Below, piece by piece: positions 13,312 to 26,235 of a stretch of DNA of 64,000 nt (positions are counted from its first letter, which is position 1; the number at the start of each line of letters is the position of its first letter). The stretch comes from Eledone cirrhosa (lineage: Eukaryota). Position numbers and translations under genes: made by a program. Where the stretch lies: positions 328,352,001-328,416,000 of the forward strand of contig OZ024741.1 of assembly GCA_964016885.1 (NCBI GenBank), in the 5' to 3' direction. The notes below the pieces were generated by a model. That model did not search any database and had not been told where the DNA came from. It was given only the letters and a program-made list of their open reading frames with translations.

Positions 13312-14883
13312 AATAACATCGAGGATAATAAGAAGAAACTTTATAAGTTTTTTAAAAGCTTTAACCTTTCGATCACGCTAGATAGAAATGATAGAGCGGT
13401 CAACTTTTTAGATGTGACTTTAGACTTGGTCACTAGTAGTTTTAAACCCTTCCATAAGCCTAATGAAATACTCTCTTATGTTAGTCCCAATTCTAACCAC
13501 CCCAAATCTATGATAAGCTCTATAATTAATGGTGTATCTAATAGAATTTCCACACTCTCTAAGGACATAGGAATATTTAATGCACATGCAGAGTACTATA
13601 ATAATGCCCTAGCTAACTCCGGTTACTCTGGTAAAATACATTATAATAATAGTAACCTTAGAAAGTCTCCGCTTACATATAATAATAATAACATCATATA
13701 CCATAATATGGCCATGAATGGGAGTAGAAAGCATAAGAATCGTAGAAATTACATAGGTGTATCCGAACCCATCCATAAGTTAAGCTACCGGATTCGTAAT
13801 AGGGAATCTAATAGTTCTAGGGATAAAGATGGGCGCTCTGAGCGCTCACTCAGTGGTAATGCTTTTGCTAAATCTAATTCTAATAGTGTTGTTTCTACTG
13901 ATCCTATTATTAGCCCTAATCCTTTTGATATGATTCCAGATAGCAGTAGATATACTAAAGGTAGAAACAGAAAGAGACTCAATGGAGTTTCGGCTGATTC
14001 TAATAATGTGGTTTTAACTAGTCCTCGTAGTAACCCAGATCTTAATAATGGGATATTAGATAACGGTAGAGTTGGTAAGGATAGAAATAGAAGGAGACTA
14101 AATACTTATTTTAACCTGCCATATAATCAGGAAGTATTAACTAACATCCCTAGGTCTTTCTTTTCTATCTTAGAGAAAAATTTCCCTCCTACTAATAAAT
14201 ACCATGGTATTTTTAATAAAAATGTAATTAAACTATCATTCTCTACCACCCCTAATATTAGTTCTCATTTAGCTAGCACTAACAATGGGAAAATTAGGGA
14301 TGGCTACTCCTCTCTGCGTACTACTAGTCTGGATAGATCCATAAATGCCTTACCACCTGAGCAGACCTTATCTCATAGTAGCCCTACGAGTGATGCATCA
14401 CTACTTCAGCCGATCAATAACACCCGGAAGTGTAACTGTAGAGTGAGTGTTAACTGCCCTTTAAACGATAACTGCCTCTCTAAGAACATCGTTTATGCTT
14501 TTGTAGTTAAAACTAATTCCTCTAATAGCACATATATAGGCTCAACATCTAACACTTTTAAGACTAGGTTTAATTCTCATATCTCTAATTTTAAACATGT
14601 TAAGTTTAAGAATTCTACTTCTTTAGCACACCATATCTGGGCTCTTAAGGGGGCTAATATACCATATAGCCTTAATTGGCGAATAGTAGCGCGCTCTAAT
14701 AACCTATCAACACACACTAAATTCTGTAATCTCTGTATCCTTGAGACCCACTCTATAATTTTCTCTAGGGAACTCTTACTTTATAGAAAGTCTGAGATAT
14801 TCCCTTCTTGCCCCCACGCCATTTCTAATTCTTACTTTTATTATAAACCTAAAAGTTCTGGTAGTGTAAATTGTATTTATTAG
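13312..14883 (+). CDS. PLE protein, N-truncated: end of RT/thumb, linker CxCx5Cx5C, GIY-YIG endonuclease
   Basis: Frame is open from the inversion junction: VNFLDVTLDL, FKPFHKPN, SNHP, YFNLPY, IFNKNVIKLSFST, CNCRVSVNCPLNDNC, NIVY..YIGSTSNTFKTRFNSH, CNLCILE. The catalytic YxDD is missing. Confidence 0.9.
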   Translation, partial: NNIEDNKKKLYKFFKSFNLSITLDRNDRAVNFLDVTLDLVTSSFKPFHKPNEILSYVSPNSNHPKSMISSIINGVSNRISTLSKDIGIFNAHAEYYNNALANSGYSGKIHYNNSNLRKSPLTYNNNNIIYHNMAMNGSRKHKNRRNYIGVSEPIHKLSYRIRNRESNSSRDKDGRSERSLSGNAFAKSNSNSVVSTDPIISPNPFDMIPDSSRYTKGRNRKRLNGVSADSNNVVLTSPRSNPDLNNGILDNGRVGKDRNRRRLNTYFNLPYNQEVLTNIPRSFFSILEKNFPPTNKYHGIFNKNVIKLSFSTTPNISSHLASTNNGKIRDGYSSLRTTSLDRSINALPPEQTLSHSSPTSDASLLQPINNTRKCNCRVSVNCPLNDNCLSKNIVYAFVVKTNSSNSTYIGSTSNTFKTRFNSHISNFKHVKFKNSTSLAHHIWALKGANIPYSLNWRIVARSNNLSTHTKFCNLCILETHSIIFSRELLLYRKSEIFPSCPHAISNSYFYYKPKSSGSVNCIY

Positions 14884-16104
14884 CTGCTATATTCCCTTAT
14901 CTTTTTTGTTTAGATTCATTTTGTTTACCACCATCATTATCATTATTATTATTGGTTTTTAACAGCGTTTCGATCTAGCTTTCATAGTCTTTTGGCTACC
15001 ATACCATATCTATCTTCTTAAATATTATATTTTCACTATTAACACCTTATGAGTTTATATCTGATTATATATTTTATTTTATTTTATTTTATATTATTTT
15101 ATTTTATTTTATTTGGATTCTCATTTAGATAATTAACCCCCTCCCACACACTTGTCATTCGCCCCTTCAATTATACTATAATTATATTCAATTCCCTTTT
15201 ATGCTCCTTTCTATTGTATAATAGAGTATATTGATTATGATTTTATGCTCCTTCGTATCCACCATACATTTCTTTTTTCTGTCCCCATTGGCCTATCATA
15301 GTTCTATCTGAAGTACGTTTATTAGATAACGTTATTCAACTGATAGTAGAATATTTCATTCTATTCTGGATATTTTTATTGAGATATCTTAAACTTTGGA
15401 GATTTTGATTACTTAAACCATAGCTAATTTTGTATTGACTTATTATGTATTTTAAATACTTTCAATATTAATTAATTTAATAGGGCTTTCTAGTCATTTA
15501 TCCGGGTTTGATTCCTAATTTGTTTACTTAACTGCTTGTGACACCTAAGTAAATATATTTGTTTTTGTGTTTCGATTTCCGGTGAATTTATTTATATTTT
15601 TTTTACTACCGTGCGTAGTTTCTGTCTGGTTCTTATTCACTTATTCACATATGGCTGTCTACCAACCATGTAATTATGTATATTATACTATGTTCATTAT
15701 TTGATATTGAAGTTGTTATATCATATCAATCTATGTAATCGTACTATTGATCTTAAATATTTACCGATTATTCGATGTACCCGTATGTTAAATTTTGTAA
15801 ATTCTGTAATATGTTTATATTTTTATAATTTTTGTAATGTTTAGATGATATTTATTTATACCAATTGTATAAAAACTTGACCTCCGTCTGTTTTCTTACA
15901 ACGGTATAGATATTTTTCCAGCACAATTTTTTCAACACAATTTAGTTCTGTATGATATTTTTTTCTCACCCTGTGTGTAACTTTATATGATTTGTTAAGT
16001 TATATGCCAATATATTATAATATTGTTATTATAGTGTTATTGTAATATTTACATTGCTTGTGCAACTTGACCGGATATTATTAATTATATAATTATATAG
16101 TATA

Positions 16105-17426
16105 CTAGCAGTAAAGCCCGGCGTTGCTCGGGGTCGCTCAGTAGCTGTGTTAAAGTTACAATGTTAAGTTTCTTTTTTGGCTTAAAAACTGTAGTGTCTA
16201 CTGTGCAGACTTGCATGTGGTGTTTTTGATTAATATTCCCTCAACCAACAATATGCCTTATGAAGTTAAGAAAACATAACGATAACCCGAATGTTATAAC
16301 AAAAGAGGATGCTGGGGATAAAAACTGCACTGGTTATTTATTAACAAAGATCGAAAATGTAAACACTGCAACGCAGAGAAAAACATTAGCGTAACCAAAT
16401 TATCAGTTACTAGCAGTAAAGCCCGGCGTTGCTCGGGGTCGCTCAGTAGCTGTGTTAAAGTTACAATGTTAAGTTTCTTTATTGGCTTAAAAACTGTAGT
16501 GTCTACTGTGCAGACTTGCATGTGGTGTTTTTGATTAATATTCCCTCAACCAACAATATGCCTTATGAAGTTAAGAAAACATAACGATAACCCCAATGTT
16601 ATAACAAAAGAGGATGCTGGGGATAAAAACTGCACTGGTTATTTATTAACAAAGATCGAAAATGTAAACACTGCAACGCAGAGAAAAACATTAGCGTAAC
16701 CAAATTATGAGTTATGTCTGTCTGCACGCCTATATCACCTCTCTGCACGACTGTCTGTCTGCACGCCTATATCACCTCTCTGCACGACTGTCTGTCTGCA
16801 CGCCTATATCACCTCTCTGCACGACTGTCTGTCTGCACGCCTATATCACCTCTCTGCACGACTGTCTGTCTGCACGACTGTCTGTCTGCACGACTGTCTG
16901 TCTGCACGCCTAACGAAATTTACAGATACATATATTTTAAATAAACTTATATAATTTTTGCTTTTTTTTACGAAATATTTGCTTGTTTTACGTAGTCTTT
17001 AAATAGACTTGTTTTCAAGTAAAAATATTGTTTTAAAATGCTTTTAAATGGAAATGAAGCAAAACGGAAGCTTAGTGTTCGAACTGATGAATTTTGCAGG
17101 TCAATATTTTGCTGGCTCGACAACTGTTCGTGTATTGTGTTAATGTAATTTTAAACGCTGAGAAAGCCAGCGTAATTTTTTACGTAAGACGCTCAATGTA
17201 AACAGAACAAAGGGAAATAACTGATAACTTACGCTCAAAAATCGATACATTATATTCGATTTCGTCACATAGGGTGGGTCAATTTGAAATTTTTTTTTCC
17301 GATGTCTTCGCTAGGGCTCAATGTACAAGTATAGCAATTTCGGTGCAATTCCGTGAGAGATTCTAAGGGGAGATGTGTGCCAAAAATCGATAGACAGACA
17401 GACAACCACAGTTTTATATATATAGA
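16105..17426 (-). mobile_element. Non-autonomous Helitron inserted in the PLE right arm
   Basis: Minus strand begins TCTATATATATAAAA and ends with hairpin CCCGAGCAACGCCGGG...CTAG. Inserted between A and T. The empty site is visible in the left arm (~12100). Confidence 0.88.
16715..16910. repeat. Minisatellite: 37-bp unit x4 decaying to 16-bp units, inside the Helitron
   Basis: GTCTGTCTGCACGCCTATATCACCTCTCTGCACGACT repeated. Confidence 0.95.
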
Positions 17427-17514
17427 TTATATATTATATAGTATATTATATATTATATGTTTACTTTTATTCATTTCTTTATCATTTTATACTGTAAATA
17501 ATATATGTATTATA

Positions 17515-17925
17515 TTTTTATTTCTATTTTTATTTTTATTTTTATTTTTATTTTTATTTTTATTTTTATTATTTTTATTTTTATTTTTATTTTTATTTTT
17601 ATTTTTATTTTTATTTTTATTTTTATTTTTATTTTTATTTTTATTTTTATTTTTATTTTTATTTTTATTTTTATTTTTATTTTTATTTTTATTTTTATTT
17701 TTATTTTTATTTTTATTTTTATTTTTATTTTTATTTTTATTTTTATTTTTATTTTTATTTTTATTTTTATTTTTATTTTTATTTTTATTTTTATTTTTAT
17801 TTTTATTTTTATTTTTATTTTTATTTTTATTTTTATTTTTATTTTTATTTTTATTTTTATTTTTATTTTTATTTTTATTTTTATTTTCATTTTTATTTTT
17901 ATTTTTATTTTTATTTTCATTTTTA
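17515..17925. repeat. (TTTTTA)n hexanucleotide expansion
   Basis: Direct reading; only about 4 units at the homologous left-arm site (~12005-12030). Confidence 0.97.
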
Positions 17926-18343
17926 TTTATTTATATTTAAACTCTTAATAAGTATTGATGGATATGTGTATTGATATATATATATATATATATATATATG
18001 TGTACATATGTATATATATATATATGTATATTGGGCCTTTTAATATTATTATTATTATCATTATCAATTATATTATATTATATTATATTATATTATATTA
18101 TATTATATTATATTATATTATATATAGTACTGTAATTCTCGCTTTATATCACCACTTGTGTTTAGCTTTAGTTTTTGCATTGTACTATATTTGTAATATG
18201 GTTCAAAATGTTATTCACTTCCTTAGCAATTTTTACTTGATAATTTTTACTTGATAATTTTCCTATGCTTTAACGTATGTATACTCCATATTTTTCTGAG
18301 TTTTTGGCTTGTATTGGCCGATAGTGCTTCTTATAGCTTTCTT

Positions 18344-18381
18344 GCCCTGATAAGTCCTTATTAGGACGAAACATTGTTGGC
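18344..18381 (+). ncRNA. Hammerhead motif, right arm, core mutated (CUGAUAA)
   Basis: gcc-CUGAUAA-GUCCU uauu AGGAC-GAAAC-AUU-GUU-ggc. Confidence 0.7.
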
Positions 18382-19382
18382 TAATAAAGACTTTTGATGT
18401 ATTGAAGGCTTCTTTAGTTTATTTTCATAATTCTTCGGCTCTGTTTAATTACATTGAGCTATACCTTTACTGTCATTTCTATAATATGAAGAGGGTGTTT
18501 AACTCCAACACACTCTAGTATTTTAATTTCTTATATATATATAGTCCAACGGACAGTGCTTGTCTAATTTGTCACACACGAGATAGACCACCAATACAGT
18601 AACGTCACTGTTGATCGAAACCGTGTAGATCCACTTCAACCGCTAATGGCCGCGGAGTTTCCTTTTTTGTTGCCAATATTACAGTCTCACACGTGACGCA
18701 ATTGGCTCCCCTCATCCTCTTCATTTATCAATATATATATATATATATACAGTATATGTGTGTGTGCGTATGTGTGTGTGAGCGTGTGTGTGTGTGTGTG
18801 AACGTGTGTGTGTCTATGTTTGCGTGATTGTATGTTTAATATATGAGAAATTGATATATACCAATATAGATAGGATGAGGGGTTAAATATTATCTATATA
18901 TTTTTATAATTGCATGTTATCAGTCTTCGAAGGATCTTGTTTTTATAAGAGATATAAGCGAAATAACTTAATCGAAGTGTTGGTGGCTTCCCAGTGGTAG
19001 TAAATGTTTCTGACTTCCAGTATATAAATAAATATCTCTTTAACGCTCAATCCTCTATAAATATAATTTTATTTATCGAACGGAATGTAGGAGTCATTTT
19101 ATAATAATTCTTCACGCGTCCATATCATCTCCCGGTCACCTCTGTCTGTTTGTCTGGTCTCTCGAGTGCTGTCTGAGGTTTTTTACCAGAGAGCGAGAGT
19201 GAGATTGACCATGTATTCATACGCAACTTCCCAATGGTCAGTTTGACCTTATTGCGTATGAAAATGTTGCTATTGAGAGGTGCGACGTAGTTCCACTAAA
19301 AACTTTCTCTCTGTCTGTATGTTCGTCGGTCTGTCTATCTGTCTTTCTCTCTCACGCTCTTTCTATTTGTCTCTCTCAAACA

Positions 19383-19496
<114 letters not shown>

Positions 19497-19537
19497 ATTA
19501 TATATAGATATGTCTGTGTGTGCGTGTATGTACGTCT

Positions 19538-19569
<32 letters not shown>

Positions 19570-19570
<1 letters not shown>

Positions 19571-22500
19571 TCCCTGAGCTACCCGGTGATACCCGGGTAT
19601 TTTATCATTACATTACAAAATATTTGACCATTCAAATATGATTGCTGAATGTTAATGAAAGTAGGAATTATAGCAGAATATTTATTTCCGTTTGGTCAAA
19701 GTAAATCATCTAGATAAAAATATAATTTTTTTCCAGTGGTGATTTTTTTAACTATTGCTCCCTTATTACAGTCAGCATATATAATGCTTTACTCATAGAT
19801 GAATCATTAGGTATGTTGTCAGTGAAAAGGGCATGACCAAAAAAATACATTTAGATTTTTTTTATTTATCCTTTTGCTTTTTTTTCTTGTTTTTTATGCT
19901 CAATCTGAACCTCTGAAATTCAAACATGTAAAGACTATTTTAAAAAACCATAAATAAAATAAGAAAATAAATTTAGCATTGGTTTATGATTGAATAAAGC
20001 ATTTACTTACTCATTTCTGTAATTCGGAGGAAGTGTATTTAAATTTGTACACTGTAGCTTTCACCAATCTTTGCCTCTATGGCTGTAGGATCTTGTTTGA
20101 GGGAGATTTGTTTTCTATCTCTATTAGCTATACCAACAGTTATAGTGGCTAACATGACATACATAGATACATACAGACATATGTATGTGTGTAAGGCAGT
20201 TGTTTGTGATTTGAAATGGATTTTGCTAATATTTCTAGTAGATCGAGTTATCACATAGAATCATTCCTTTTTGCTTCATACCTGAGAAAGTAAGGTGGGA
20301 TTTGAAGGAAATTTGGAAGCTATTTCTACCCAACAAAGTCCTCACTTATACTACTTTATATGCAGAGGTACCCGGGAATGCCTGCATATTCTTCCAAAGT
20401 AACACCAAGCAGTAAGTTTGCGGTTTCAGAATTCCTTGCAAACTACATGACTAAGGATTTAGGATCTGTGTGTATTGTCATTGAATGAGGAATTACGACA
20501 TTGCTCATTCCAAAGCCTCTGGATAAACAACATTCTTGGATTTGCCCTGTGGTGCCACAATGAAGAGACAATCAGGGTTGCCAACCCTTGTTGTGCCAAC
20601 ATAGAGTTGACCATGTGAAAAGACAGGATCTGCCAGATTCAGCCCAACGACTTTCAATGATTGCCTTCATGGAAAAACGTAGCCTGCTCGGAAATTGAAG
20701 TCTTTGAAATTTAAATGGCAAATCAGCAAATTTTCCTGACATGATTGCAACTTCTAGAACATTGGACATCATATTTTTGATGATGAGTCTTGTGCCATTA
20801 CAAAGTTTTGGAGGATCCAGATTGCGAAGTAGCATAACCGATGCTCCAAGCTTCAGTATTACGTTGTGTGGAGGAATTCCCGCTTGTTCAAGACTGTTCA
20901 AAAATTCAGTTGGATAGTTTACAACCTGGTCATGAGAAGTGATTGTGTCAACTAATTTGTAGCATATTTTCTCTCCCGGTAACATCTCCAGTAGCCTTCT
21001 GTTGATTTCTTTCACAGCAACATTGTTAGGTGCTAAGATTGCTCGTTCACAGAACCATTTCGGATCACATTGCCTGGACTGAATGTTTGGAAACACTCTG
21101 GCAATCAGTTCTTGTTCTGTGTCCATGATATGGCCAAATGACAACTGAATATGGTCATTGGAGTCCTTTTCAAGAAGTCCATTTCCCAATTTAAGTAGAT
21201 GGATGGCAAACTCACTGACACCTTCGTCACCAGTTAAGTGCACTTGCATGTTGGTTGTAAGGCTCAGCAACTGAAAGTGCGGCCAGAGATAGGATGTTTT
21301 CAGACAGGCATTGACCTGATCAGCTCGAGTCCCTCGAAGAATTACAGGCAGAGTTTGTCTAAAATCACCAGCAAGAACCATTGTCACTCCTTCCATTATG
21401 CAACTATTTTCTCTCAGATCCCTTATCGTCCGGTCCAAAGCTTCAATTGCTCCTTTATGGCTCATAGTAGCTTCATCCCAAATTATCATCTTGCATGTTT
21501 GCAGAAGCTTGCCCTTGGGTGAGTTCTTCTTGAAATTGCAAAAAGATTGTTCATGCCGTGTGAGATCTATGGGCAACGTTAACATGAAGTGTGCAGTTCT
21601 TCCTCCATCGAGAGGTGTTGCTGTAATGCCACTTGAAGCCACAGCAAGGGCAATATGTTGGTTTTGGCGAATTTTTGCAACCAGGAGGTTTATTAGGAAT
21701 GTCTTGCCTGTGCCAGCAGGAGCATCGATGAAGAAAAGTCCTCCCCTGTCATTTTGAATGTTTTCGATGATGTTGTGGTAGGCGTATTTCTGGTCATCCA
21801 TCATTTGAGGTTCATTTTCATCCACAAACTTACGCCATGCTTGAATATCGTAGTTTGTCTCCTGAAAAATGTCTTGTGCTACTTCTATTTCTTCATCTGG
21901 CTCTGGCATCCCACAGTTAGCTAATGTTCTATTCATTGCCTGAACTCGATGGGACAGGACACAGAGAGCTTGATTGTAAATCCTGGGGGTATATTCCATA
22001 TACATATTGCCAGGCTGTCTTCGGGCTAGGTGTAGATAGTCGTCCGACATATTGTTTTTCTACTCCTGCCAGAGTAGATGAGCTTCATTAATTCCACATG
22101 CTGTGAGCATAGTAGAAAATAATTGTCTTATTTGACTGGCTACTTGAGTGATTGATGCTTCTTCTAGGCACTTCTTCCAGTGTCCATTGTCATGCAGGAG
22201 TCCATGCTGTTTACTTGCTTCTTGGTATGTTGTGCACTCCCTTCCTCTGAAGCACCTAAGATCCGCAAATGACGTTGGTCCTCGAACAGTATGCAGAAGT
22301 AGCCGTAAATAAAAACATTCTCTGTTGTTGGGATGGACATTGTAAACACGCCCAATAGCATCACTTGACTTGACTTCATGACCTTCCACTAAATGACCCT
22401 GCTTCTTCGATTCCAGGTCTTGCAATTGATCCAGATGTAGTATGTTGGGACTTCAGCATATAGGAGGGATCGAGCAAATCCATCATTCTGGCAGAGTTTA

Positions 22501-25490
22501 AAGAAAGCAGTTAGTGTAGTGTCATGTGATGCTTATGCCAACTGATGAGCAGCGATCACAGTGAAGTACACTCTCTGTCCATTTTCCAGATGGACTGCGA
22601 GGTTGACCACTCTTGGGTGGCGTTGGTGGATATCAAACCCAAAGATTTGCCAAATAGCTTTATTGCTGGAGATGTATCGACCTGTTTGATACCATTTGAC
22701 CCCATCCAGCCCACCATCATTGAGTTCTTTGTCGGTAATAAAGGTAGCCATGTCCTTGCCCTTGTTGATATATTTTGTAGACATATAGGATTGCCTTGAC
22801 GGAGCTGCAATACTCAACATTAATATGAGTTTTTAAAAGTTTACACAACAATTTGTTGTGTGGGATGACCCACTGATTGTTTATGGTTAGCTCCTCACCT
22901 CCAACTGTTCGGCTTGCATTATTGCCTCCATGTTCTTGTCTACGCCTAAGATAAAGGGGGTATCCATTATTGTCAGTCCGAGTTTCCCGAATAAAAGCTC
23001 TAGGATAATGTTTGCTGCATTTTTTATCTTTCATGCAGGGAGATGCTGGAGTGATGACTCCAAATGGACCATGAATGAGTTTGGACTTGATGGTTTCAAA
23101 GAGCTCTGGATCACCACCCTTATCAACTCTGCTGAAATGATCTTCTCAACATCCTCTGGTCTAATCTTCTCCTTGCACAAGATTAGTGTATGTGAGTGAC
23201 GAAGACCTCTCTTCTGCCACTCAATAGTGGTCTTCCAAACACTTAGCTCACCAAAGATTCTTCCTTCTTTTAGGAGCCAGATGAGGGGGGTTTTTTTGCT
23301 TTTCATGGAAAACCCGAGCAATAAGGTCATGTCGATCCTTTGGTTTTTGATTTTGAAATAATTCATTTGATATTTCTGACCAGGTTGAATTGCATGTAAA
23401 TGTAATGAAGAAATCTGACCGACCAAATTTTGTGACATAGGCCATTGCATCGTGCGTACGTTCATGCATGTAACGTGGTCCTCCCATGAAGCTTGATGGT
23501 AGTATGGCTGGATGGCCAATATTTCTTGCATCTACGTTAGATATGCTATCAATGGCCAATATTTCTACATCCACGTTAGATATGCTATCAATAAGAATTG
23601 ATAGCATATCTAACGTGGATGTAGTTATCTGCCCTCAACTTAATTTGATTCCTTCGCAGAAAATCCAATTTTTCTGTTCAATTTTGGCATACATGTCCAC
23701 CATTAACTGGCTGGTTACTTCTTTGAATAGCAGAATTTGGTTGAAGTGGTCACGTACCATGAAATGATAAGCATAGAATTCTTTGCAGCTGATTGATCGA
23801 CCAGTTTCTTGTCCCGTTCCTGGGCTGATCTGCCGTAGCTGTAAATGATATCCATCTTGGCCATTCCAAAAAAATGAGCGGATATTGGAGTGAATCATAA
23901 GCTCTATGAATTTCACAAATTCGCTCCAAATGTCCACTTCGTTTTTGCAAAACAATGTCACATCATTCATGCTGTTCATCAACCATTATAATTGCAACTT
24001 CATCACAGACAGGTGCATTGAATCTGCGTTCATGTTCTGAAGCTGGGCGTTTGTCTGCCCTAATGATCATTTTACGATCTCTGTTGTTGTTCATATGCTC
24101 CAGTGCATATTTAAATACACTGACGTACATGTGATATTGGTGAAGCATTTCTTGAAACTGTATGGCTATGTAGAACTGCAAACCACCATGGATATTGGTA
24201 CATCTTTGTTGTGCCTGTGTTTCATTTCCACCCATGAAGTAAACCTGCACAAATGTGTGAGGCTCTTGTGAAAGTGGCAGAAGGCTACCCATTAAGTGGT
24301 AACACTATCCTTGAATTTTATAAGTTGTACATAATCTAAAGTCAGTCACATTCCTGTCAGCCCCAAAAGATGTCATTTGAAAGGCAGAATTATATTTTAT
24401 GATGTATTTATTGAAGTGTCGTGCTTCTGGTGTATGCTGAAGGAGCAGATTCTTCATAAATTCAGGATGTTCTTGTATTGTTTTAAGGCTCACTTTGCCT
24501 TTTGAGCTTCTGCTGCCCACTTCTTGGCACCACAATACTGGCAGCATTTGTTCATGTTCCCAATGTTGCTTTGTGGATAGATATGCATACATATATAATT
24601 ACATACATACATCCACTTAAACGCACACACACATGAACCCAAACTCCACAAAGCTAGACTTGCATGTGTTGAGATATGGTGAGTAAACATTTCAAAGATG
24701 AACTTTTATTCACCCATCCTCACTACACATACTCAACAATGTTAAAGTTAATAATGTTATATATATTTACTTCATACACTAATGATAGAACATCACACAT
24801 CTACTTCAAAATGACACATTAAGCAAAGCAATGAACTTTCCACACATCACACATTTACGCATGATTTTCCTGTTCTCAAAGGCATTAACGCCGTATGCTA
24901 AGGTGTTATAGGCATCACCCCAGAACTGAATTCTGGTCATTCACTTAAGTAATTAGAAGTGTTTCATCTCGCTTTCCTCCAGTGTTGACTTGACTATTTA
25001 TCTAATTATAATTGTCTCTTTTCTCACTCATGAATATCTTTTCGCAAAGGAACTGTTACTCCTAATTCGACCTAAGCTTGTGAAATGCTCAGAGAGCCTG
25101 GAATAACTAATTACACATTCGCCTATGGCACTCTTACTCTTTAATAACTGTCTTTTGCTAATTATTATTCTATATTATGACCAATATTCCGTCGTTGCAT
25201 GCACAATGAGCGTAATTGAAACAGTAACTAACTTTATTGTTATAAGCTGTTCAGAAATCCAGACGTCTCATTCAGATGTGAAGCTGTGAGAAAGCAAAGA
25301 GAGAGAAATAGAAAGAGAATTAGAGACAGACGGGCAGACAGACAATTAGAGAGAGAGGGGCGATGGCAACAATATAGGGAGGCGAACATGGTTGCCAGTG
25401 CATATTTTGTTTTATTAAATTACTATTACAGCCAACGGTTAACACAAAACAAACACACTCATATGCATGTGTGTCTCTGCATTAATATGA
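19570..25490 (-). mobile_element. Decayed autonomous Helitron
   Basis: RepHel pseudogene plus 3' hairpin TACCCGGGTATCACCGGGTA near 19580-19599 next to (TA)n, with a non-canonical terminal tetramer. The 5' boundary is uncertain. Confidence 0.8.
20520..24560 (-). pseudogene. Helitron RepHel (HUH Rep + PIF1 helicase), multiply frameshifted
   Basis: YNSAFQMTSFG, RFNAPVCDEVA, LPSSFMGGPRYM, DFFITFTCN, IEWQKRGLRHSH, KYINKG, RYISS, LAVHLENGQRVYF, YLRLLL, DAPAGTGKT, IIWDEATM, GDFRQTLPV, LRNLDPPKLCNGTRL. Confidence 0.95.
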
Positions 25491-25569
25491 TTTTGTGAGT
25501 TTCTATGTGCATATGCCCGTATGTATTTGTATATGTGTGGGGATATATGTGTAGGACGTATATATAGAA

Positions 25570-25602
<33 letters not shown>

Positions 25603-26235
25603 CGTGTGTATGTATAAACGTACGCATATTTATGTTTTGTATATGTGTACGTGGGTATGTACGCATATATATATGTGTATGTATGCGGACGTAAAAGGTA
25701 AACACAAATAACGTAAGAAACGACACAGTACTACGAAGAAATATATTAGTTTAACGCTTGTAACAATAAGAAAAGTCATTTAACGCTTAGGACACTAATC
25801 TTTCATCAGCAGGTAGAATGAGATTTATAAAAGAATTAGAAGAAAAAAAGAAAGATAAAGAATGAGAAGAGGAAGTGACAGAAAAAGAATTTGAGAAAAA
25901 TATACACACGTGCGTATATATATTGTGCATTATAAATGCTCGGTCACTGGTCTGTGTAGCAGTCTTCGTATAAATAAATAGAAGTAAACCTGAATATTGA
26001 TATGTTTCAGGTTCAAATACCACTGGGCGTCTTAAAGGAGCTTTTGATTAGATCATATTAAGAACTTATCAACCAATAAATAACCGAGTTCTAGCAGTGA
26101 CCTGCTTAATTTCCTGACATATAGTATACTCGTATTATCACATTAACTGATGATCCATCTTAAGTTTTTGCATATAATATTGGCTCAGTGCAGATGATAC
26201 GCCTTTATATGTTTTCTAATACAATCAACATAAAT

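Larger units (their letters stand above)
11512..18530 (+). mobile_element. 5'-truncated Hydra-clade Penelope-like element with ~1.8 kb inverted 5' copy of its 3'UTR/pLTR
   Basis: 11512-13309 is the reverse complement of 14893-18421 once the Helitron insert (16105-17426) and the (TTTTTA)n expansion are removed. ORF lies between the arms, and each arm carries an HHR. Confidence 0.93.

Noticed and set aside
16715-16910. 37-bp repeats of CRISPR-like length
   Set aside because: No unique spacers and no cas genes; it is a eukaryotic minisatellite inside a Helitron.
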